In this document: positions 24,101-33,100 of the stretch, in pieces
Position numbering within the stretch: position 1 is the stretch's first letter
Layout of the letters: every line of letters begins with the position of its first letter
Source: Phoronis australis
Lineage: Eukaryota; Animalia; Phoronida
Length of the DNA: 38,534 bases
Direction: 5' to 3'
Assembly (NCBI GenBank): GCA_002633005.1
Contig: NMRA01000540.1
Coordinates: 8,405 to 46,938 of the forward strand
Made by a program: the position numbers and the translations under genes
Notes under the pieces: model-generated
Seen by the model: only the letters and a program-made list of their open reading frames with translations
What the model was told of the DNA's origin: nothing
Databases searched by the model: none

Positions 24101-27100
24101 GCAATTATCAGTTGCTATTAGTGACCAGGTGACATTTCTCATGGAGAAAGGCAGTCACAAGAAGCTGTTAATCTCTCGCTACCAATACTTACTCGCTCAC
24201 GAGCCTGCCCAATCAAAACGCAAGTCCTTTATAATACTAAAAACAAAAATAATGGAGAAGATAATGGTACTGAGGGCAATAATAACAAATAAACTGTAAC
24301 AAACACTTTATTTACAGAAGGTAACTAGTGTAACTAATAGATATGCTAAACCCTGGCTTACATGTATCTATAGGGTTGTCTGCGAGGGCCAAGTTAAAAA
24401 TGAATAAATTAAATTTTAACTTTTTGATTATTATATAATTAATCAAAGCGGCATAAAATGATGGAAATGATGGATATGTAGTCTTGGAACAGAGATATCA
24501 GGGCAGTCGGAGCAACTGCCAATAGCGGGCCAGTTTATTCCAGACCGCTAAAAATCATTTTTGAACCCTAGAGACAAATAAATAAATAAATTTGAAAGCA
24601 GGATTGTTTTGTGCCTCGATACTATTAAGTTGTCCGAAAAGATGATCTATTTCCTATCCTGACAAAAGGAAACATCTGGACTTTTGGTTTTAAAAAATGT
24701 TTATAAATATTTTCATCAAGGACACATCCTTCTACATGTACATTAAAGTGTCTGTCGATGACAACAATGTTTAGTTATCTTTGAAAACGTTTGACTGAAA
24801 CGGGTTTCCAAGCAACTTACTAAGGACTGTAATGGTTAGAAGTTGTTATTTGGCTTTTTATATCAGTCGTCAGCCAATTTTTGTTATTCAAAGTCAAGTT
24901 GTTATAAGTACCATTTGAACACAGGACAGTATAGGAAACCTTCGAACAAGAACAAGTAGTTCGGTAATTAATATTTATTTCCAGTTTGCTTCTCCAATCG
25001 TCAATTGTGCCCTTTTGCCCAGGTACAACAGATGCCACCTTGGCTGCCAAGTTTCGTGCACTAGCGAACTGTGGTGTATCACTAGTGCAATGGGTGTGAG
25101 ACTGGCTCACCCTCTAAGTCATGACGGTTGACCTCGATGCAAACAATCATAGAACTTAGGCCCTGGAATGCTAACTTCGATATCGCTCTGCTGAGGTTGC
25201 GCAGCGCATGCGTGGCATTAACAAACGAGTGCAAACAAATTTTGTTTGCACTCGTTTGTTCCGGTGTTGGTTATTCCAACGGAATTTACAGTCTCTAAAA
25301 CTTTTCGCAACGAAGCCGTTCTTCAACCCAGAGAATTCTAGACCTGAAATGCCAACTCCCGCAAGTGACCTATGTATTTCATTATTAGAGTTTGCGACCC
25401 CAAGACTAGCCCCGAGAGTTAACACTGAAAATGTCTGGCTGGCTGCTCGACTGACTTTTCATTGAGAGTTGTATTCATCAAATCAAGCCAAATTCCATTG
25501 CTTCGTGTTCGTTTTGTCGTTATTGTTCAAACGAGACTCTTGAGCTACGGTTCTACGTACACAATCAGCGATTTCCCGGCAAAATTAGTCAAGAAATCCG
25601 ACAATTACACTGGTCATTTTTATAAGCACCGATGTGCGGCCTTGGCTGGTTTCCAGAAGTTTGACCTCTCATATCTCTTCAGCTCAAGTCGTAATTATTA
25701 GAATTATATAGAGCGACTTTCGACAATCTAGCACAATACATGCCAGCCAAAAAGACATCTTAGGGTGTTAAGATCATGTTACAGTATTCTAAAGAAGTTG
25801 CATTTTTGTTAATTCGATTTCTAAGAAGTGGGCCTACTGTTATTAGTAGTATTTACGTATACTTGTGAACTAAAATTTTAACAATACCCCAATGTTTATA
25901 AAAAAGACTCTGAAATTCCGCAATTGTACAACAAAATTAATTTCTTTCTATATGGATGTCAAGAACTTAACTCAAACGAAAATATGGTTTTATTTGAAAT
26001 AGTATCAGAATTTCTTTATAACATTAAATCTCTTTGTGTGAGTGGATAGAATTTGATACATCTGTATGAAAATAAATTATTTTCATTCGTTGTCATATAT
26101 CATTGTATTCTTAACATCAGTTTTTTATTTATGTATTTGTATATAATCATTGTATATAGACTTCTTTGTATTTTTTTACCCAGATCTAATGCCTCTTGGC
26201 GCTTTCTGGGTTATGTATATTCATTGTATTCTGAAGATTTCGTAATAAACATTAAAAAAACTAAAAATTTAAAAAATAGAAGTTTACCTTATGAAAAAGC
26301 CCAATCCAGTACTTCGTGTTGCTGAAAGGCTACAATGTATTTGCTAATTGCCCGCTCTTTGGGAAATGTCCCACTTTATTAATTTTCCGCCATCCCGGCC
26401 CATCACCTAAATGTCCTGCTTTTGCCACATGGCCAAATTGACATACATGTATTACTATACTATTGTAGTTTGCCGTTCGATTAAAACAAAAAAATAAGTT
26501 TAGCTGCCCCCGGAATTTCCCATTTAACTATAAAAAGAACAAAAAACGATGTCGGTCATTTTTGGGTGTTGCATCTCTCGTTCGACAAAAAACATTCTCG
26601 GTACGTCCCTCAGTTTAAGCATTGCAGAAAACGTTTCACTCTTACTTTTTGGCTTTAACCCAAATGACTCGCTTTTTACCCTGAAGTCCCGCTTCCAGTT
26701 GTTCCATTTTTTCTTGAATGTTGACCGTGACAACTATGCAACAGGTGTTCAAGTTAACATTATCTCTTTTTTATGAATAATGTTATTTTCCAGAGCCCAC
26801 TTTCTTCAGTGACGCTTGACTTGTAAAAATGTGTTCCAATGTCTCTTGTTTACGGTAACATACACTACATGTATCAGGATCACCAACTGTTACTTGCTGC
26901 AGAAAATAGTTTAATTCTTAACTTTTATGGAAAGTCCTACACTGCAAACTATGTGATAGATGTTTTCCCATTTTATCTATGAGAAAAGTACCTTTATCTG
27001 CAAATTCCAGATACTCATAGTGGAGACTATATTAATGGGTTCCATTTACGTGAGCCAAAGCACGGTACCTTGATGTGGTAAGTGTAGAGCGTTTCGTCCA

Positions 27101-30100
27101 TGTCTCACGGACTCGATTCACCAACAGGTGCGCCCTGTAGTTTATCGCATTTTTCGTAAATGTCACTGCATTCTGAACTTTTACTGAAGAATCGTATTGT
27201 ATCAAACGGCACCAAAGGTAAAATTAATCATACTATACAAAGATGCATATTTTTGGATGACTAGCTGACTAACTAATCCACAGCAAGTGCGAGGGACCCA
27301 TAGTCTAACACCTTTGTTCCATAGGTTAGAAATCTTTTAAATCATTCCCTAATGGCTTAACTACTCATTTATACAACTTATCAACCTCAATTCCATCACT
27401 ATGGTTACTGATGTTTGCTCTTATTTTTCGCATTTTGGCTACAGGATTTTCATGATTAAAAAATTATTTTTAACCAGTAAGGTATGCAAACTTATAATTA
27501 CTGATAAATTAAATTATTTATCTTTTGATTCTGGCATAATTATCAATAAATGACAAAGGGTTTTCTAAAGGTGCGACTCATGCAATTCGGTTGAAAAAGG
27601 GCAGAATTGTGAAAAGTTTTGACAGTAAATTCTATACCAAGTACACACATCGAAAAAAACGAATGCAAACAACTCTCACGCACGCGTGGCGCAACCTCAG
27701 AGGCCGTGAGATCGAAGTTGGCATCCGAATCAAACTTCATAGGAGTCATATTATTAAGAAGCTTTTCACTAGTTCTTGATGGTTTACAATTACAGCAGAA
27801 GCAAACGATAAATAAATAATCATCATTTCGGATACCTGAAGGTTTTATTTTCTATAATTCTAAGAACCAAGAGTGACACTCAAATGCGAAAAATAAGATG
27901 ACGTAATAGCGCAAACTTTTGTGGCTAGTCTCGGGTTTGCAAGCTCTAATAACAGAATACGTACATGTTTATTGACCGGGAACCGTGCGGGAATTGGTGT
28001 TCTAGGGCTAAAATTCTATGAAACATGCTATAGACATCTGCAGCGATTCAATCACAGAAGAAATGGATCAGTCCACAATTTTGCTCACAGAATGAACGAC
28101 TACTCGGAACAATGTTGATTTGGGAGTATTTGTTCGAGTTGGAGGGATTTAAAAACACCAAATGATTCCAAAGGTCTCTCTTACTCCAAATGTTCATACA
28201 GTAACGTGACTGACAGGTCAGTCGGAATTCAGCGTAATTTGCAGATGATTTTTTGGAGTACGAGTTGTTTTCTAATGTGCAGTCGCCTAGAGGTAAGTTT
28301 GATTACGAGAAAGTTACTGCATGATGTAGCCGTGTGAAGAAATTCTATCAATAAGAATGTAGGCGGTTTGACTATACGTGAAATGGTGCCTGCCACAATG
28401 CCATTAATTTGGCCGTGAGCACACACACATTTCGCTAAAAAGAATCTTGTCTTGTTTTCAATAACTTTTAGTTAATCAGTACTAGCTTACTTGGATATAT
28501 AAGATCCAGCCGAAATCGGTACATTCATACGGAGTTAAAGGAGAATGCCACCAAAAAACAACATATTTTGTATCAATTTATATCGAGTAGTTCCACTCGA
28601 CAAATGAGCAAGTACAGTTCTTGTACCTGACACCTGACGGCGGGTGTTGAAATTAACCAATGACGTCACAGGTTTGAATGCAGTTTGTTCAGCTGTTCAC
28701 AACACTCCTACTGGGGTCAGCTTATCACTTGAATTCATCAGAAACACATTTTAGGTGTCATGAAAATACAAATTCTTAAATCACTTATAGCCTGTTTCAC
28801 AAATTTTTATTCAGATCTTAAATAAGGCTTGGGTACAAAGATTATTAGTTTCTACACATAAACATGAAGAAGAAATGTCAAGTATGTTCAGCCTTACAAA
28901 AGCAGTTTTGTCTTGTGTTTTCTTTTATAATTTATTAATATTTCTCTGTTACAGGTGAAAGAAAACGACTGAAACCAGCCGCCTTATCGTCTATTTTACC
29001 TTTCGACAAAGTGAAAAGCAGTCCTTCAGCAATAACTTGGGGGAATTGAACATCTCAATTCAGAAAGTCAGCCCTTGATATCCCTGATTATGGACTCTTT
29101 TGCATTGGGAAAATTACAGTTGTTTTTAACAAATAATGTTCTTCGGTTGTATGTATGTGGTTGTTCAGTTTGTATTGTGTTATTAAATACACTTACACTG
29201 TATTATTGTTTATTCTCGAATCTTGTGCATAGCAGATTCTTGTCCAGCTACAGTAGCTACGACTGAAAACATAATTTGCTTGCATGCGGAACTTTTGTTA
29301 TAGACAAGTTAATAAAAAACTTAAAATTGCTCAAAGGTCTTCTTAAGAAAGCTCTAAAACTAGTTTCACACACAAACAAATCAAATGCAATCGAAGGGAA
29401 TATTTCGTGTCGGTCACCGGACATTTCTATAGGTCAACAGGAGAATGACAATTCGCAAACGTAGTCACTTCAGCTTGATAAAGAAGTAGCGCAACTGCAC
29501 TGTATGGGGCTTTGAAACTGAAGAAATATTGTGGTTTGAATAATTAGTGACAAAATTGCCTGTTGATGAAAAATTTATCCGACCATCAAAGTGCAGCATT
29601 AAAGGGCTTTTACTGACAATAAGGCAATCGAAGTAGTCCCTGAATGACATTTCTGAATAAAATTTTTCACCATTAGTATAAAGCCTTTCTGCTGAACGGA
29701 AAAGTTAATGTCACTCAGTAAGAAAGGACAGGTATTTTACCAGATGCTTTTGATTTTCATTTCATTGGGGTCGAGTTTCAATTGCCTGTAGAAGCGCTAC
29801 TAAAAAACTCCAGTTTCGGCACGTGGCTTTCTTTCATGTAACCTCATTCAGCCTCAATAAGACCCAGAATTAGAACCTTGAAGGTAAACACAGCATCATA
29901 TCATTTGACTCGCTTTGTGTCCAAAATGTGAACCTGAACTAGAGCAGAGTGTTACTAGGTCTTCTTTAGCTTCAGTCCCTCATGTTTCTTCCATGTTGCA
30001 GCTTGAAGTGGCTTTAAAAATGTCACTGAACCTGGAACAAATATTGATACATGAATAACCTTAGGTGGGTCAAAAATGTTGCCCTTGTTTTCCAAAAATA

Positions 30101-33100
30101 TATGGTAACTGCTTTACAATTTCACACAAAATTAAATAAATACTATTTTCAGAAAGCAAGACTCTATATTATAAGTATTGATTTGTACAGAACTGCGCCT
30201 TTATTTTTCATTCCTAGCCATAACAATGCTTTAAACGCATTACTTGTCTGCAAAATATGCAAGTAATTTGAGACAACTTCAAACCTTTGTTACCCATTTT
30301 CAAGCCTTTTGGATTTTGATACTTTCAGCAACTATTAACACCGATAACAGATTCAAGGGGCCATCTAGAACAATTCTGGTCTAAGGCTGAGGGAACCATT
30401 TCTCAGATTTTATATTTTCTTCTAAAAGAGGATATGAAAACTTGGGTCACTTAAAATTATTTATAATCTTTCTGTTTTTTAAAAGCAATTAAAAATCTTA
30501 AGGTACCATTGTTTGCGTATTGGCAGTACAAATAATAGGTTCAAATACAACCTGACTAGTGTATTCACATCAAAAATGCAATTTTCACAAAAATGACAAT
30601 CATGTGAATTTATAAACGACTTGCAACATTTCAAAACATGAGTTAAGACTTTTCATGTGTTGAGAATTCAGAGAATGTAACATATTATTAGGGGTGTACA
30701 ATTGATAGCAAAACAGTTTTATGAAAAGTGGAAGAGCTTCATGAAAGTTAAGAATTACTTCACCATGCTCTTTCCCCCGGACACTATCACCTGTTACTTT
30801 CACACATTCAGTTTCACCAAATTTTACAACCCCAACCCCCTATGCCAATCTCCCGCTGAGGACCTAAATAAGTAAATTAACAAAACAACTTACACACATT
30901 CTTTAAAAATAGCTGCCCTTTCCAAAGGCTTTGCGCTTTGTCTCCGATATAGAAAGTAGGCTTTGACAACAGATCTGCACTGGATAGGAAGATCTTGCTG
31001 GTTAGCTGCCTGCAGTCAACTGCTTAAAAACCGATTTTTGTCCATTCAGGGACGGTTACAGAAGCGATGCATATCTCCTCTGCACGGTACTAGCCCTCCC
31101 TCAAAACTACAAATCAAAGGTCAGGTGAAAACAGACATGATATATTTCCATGTCAACGTGTAATAGAGGGCCATGCTGGATATTAGCCTTTGGCTAAAGC
31201 ACGTTTTACATTTATTGTATTTTTATCCTCTTTAAATAAAGTTTATTATTATTACTGTTACTGTTACTGTTACTATTATTGTTATCATTAATAGATTTCC
31301 GGACGACATAGGATAGGGAGTAAACAAATGTGTTTAAAGGATATTTGTCACGTAGGCTAACAAAGATCGAGTTGACTGCATAAACATCCAAGCATTGATT
31401 AATGTAAATGTCACTGATGAATCTGTTAGAAATCACTTCAAACATTAATAATACTGCTTTGATATACAAAAAGATCCCGAGTGCTACGTCAAGTATCGTA
31501 ACAAACATCAGTTATCACAAAAAACAATGATTAACCTACTGGCGACTGCCGCGACTTCGACATCGACCAGTTCCTCAATTAACAGGTAGCAGTATTGTAA
31601 ACACGGAATAATCGTTAAAATAATGACAAACCTTACCTTTTTATAAGGTCATGCTTACTTCCTCTCATAGAAGCACCCTTTTTACGTAATCTCAGACTCA
31701 GTAGGCACGAGGTTGTTTAATCTGTCACTAGTACACGCGCGTTCTCTATCAATGTAAATATTGTCGAATAGCCTCATTTACCAAGATCGGTCGCGGGAGT
31801 TTGGGGTCTGTTCGGGTTGTAAATAGGATTTATTCTTAAGTGAAATACAGACAGGAGAACATACTTGTGCGTTGTAATTTTGGATTCGCGATTTTTTTCA
31901 GTTCGAAACGCACAAAACGTTTTTTATCCCAGCCAGTGGCTCACAATCCGATCAAGCCCGTCGCGGCCGGACTCAGTGAAGACATTACGAACATAAACCA
32001 GCCAAAGTTGGAAACTAAACTTCCAGTCACAAAAAGACTATACTGGTGAGCCAAAGAAATAATATGCAAAACGAGTTATTGTTTCACAACAGCTTTCTGT
32101 CAGCAAACACTGAATCAGCATACGCTCACAGTTCCTCGGTGCTCGGTCATTTCAGTAGCTTTATTGCACCTAAAGCCGGGTAATGCATTGCTGCGTTCTC
32201 AAAATATTTGTATTTGCGAACACACCAAAGGCATTACAAAATGTATCTAATGAGACAGTTTCAGTTTTACATAAGCATTGGTTAGGGTGAGAATAATTCA
32301 TTTTGAAGCAGAACAAGCAATAATAAATGTCAACAGAGCAACTGGCAATCCCGCCTATCTTATATGAGTGCTCATCTGACTACGAGTTCATAGCTGAGAG
32401 TTCGATCATTAAGTTTCACAGGCTATCAGTACGAACCGGAATACTCTGATCAAGAAATACTAGGGAGGCGCCCTGAACGTGCACAGTCAAATGAACATGG
32501 ATAGTTCCGAAAACCGTTTGAATCAACTGTCATGGTGTCAGCTGCTCTAACTGCACGATAATGGAAACGACTGAAGCTTGCGTATGCTAACACGAAATTC
32601 CGCAAGTAAAAAGCCTTCTTGAAGAAGCGCAGGTCCTGATTTTGCATTGCATCTACACATAGGAGTGCTTACTACGTTTTTAATGTTGAGAAAAAGAACT
32701 GGCGAAAACATACTACACCCAGAGGACAAAACAGAAGCCTGACGAACGAGTAAGTCATCAAACAGGTTATATAAAACGTTGTGTTCTCATGTCTTGAATT
32801 AATTGTAATTGGTTTATGTTTTCATGTCGAACTACAATTATCCCTAATCAAAAACTGATCAACAACTGATCCGCATTTCTTTGTCTCATGACTGCCGAAG
32901 GCAAACACACTACGGGCACAACATTTGACTTCAGCCTTAGTATTTTTCTGCCCTGGCATGAGCTGTTTGGTAAGCCGACATTCGTCAGTGAGGTGATGAG
33001 GATATAGACCGATTAAGAAGGTAAAAATGACTAATTAGATCGAGTGGCATACTCCTTTAATCCAGTCAGAGGCGGTGAATTGTCCTGTTTAAGCATTGAA

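Larger units (their letters stand above)
28539..33056 (-). mobile_element. Kolobok-like DNA transposon B, same family as A, opposite orientation
   Basis: TIRs AGGAGAATGCCAC / GTGGCATACTCCT (1 mismatch); TTAA at 28535-28538 and 33057-33060; both ends align to the reverse complement of A. Confidence 0.85.
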
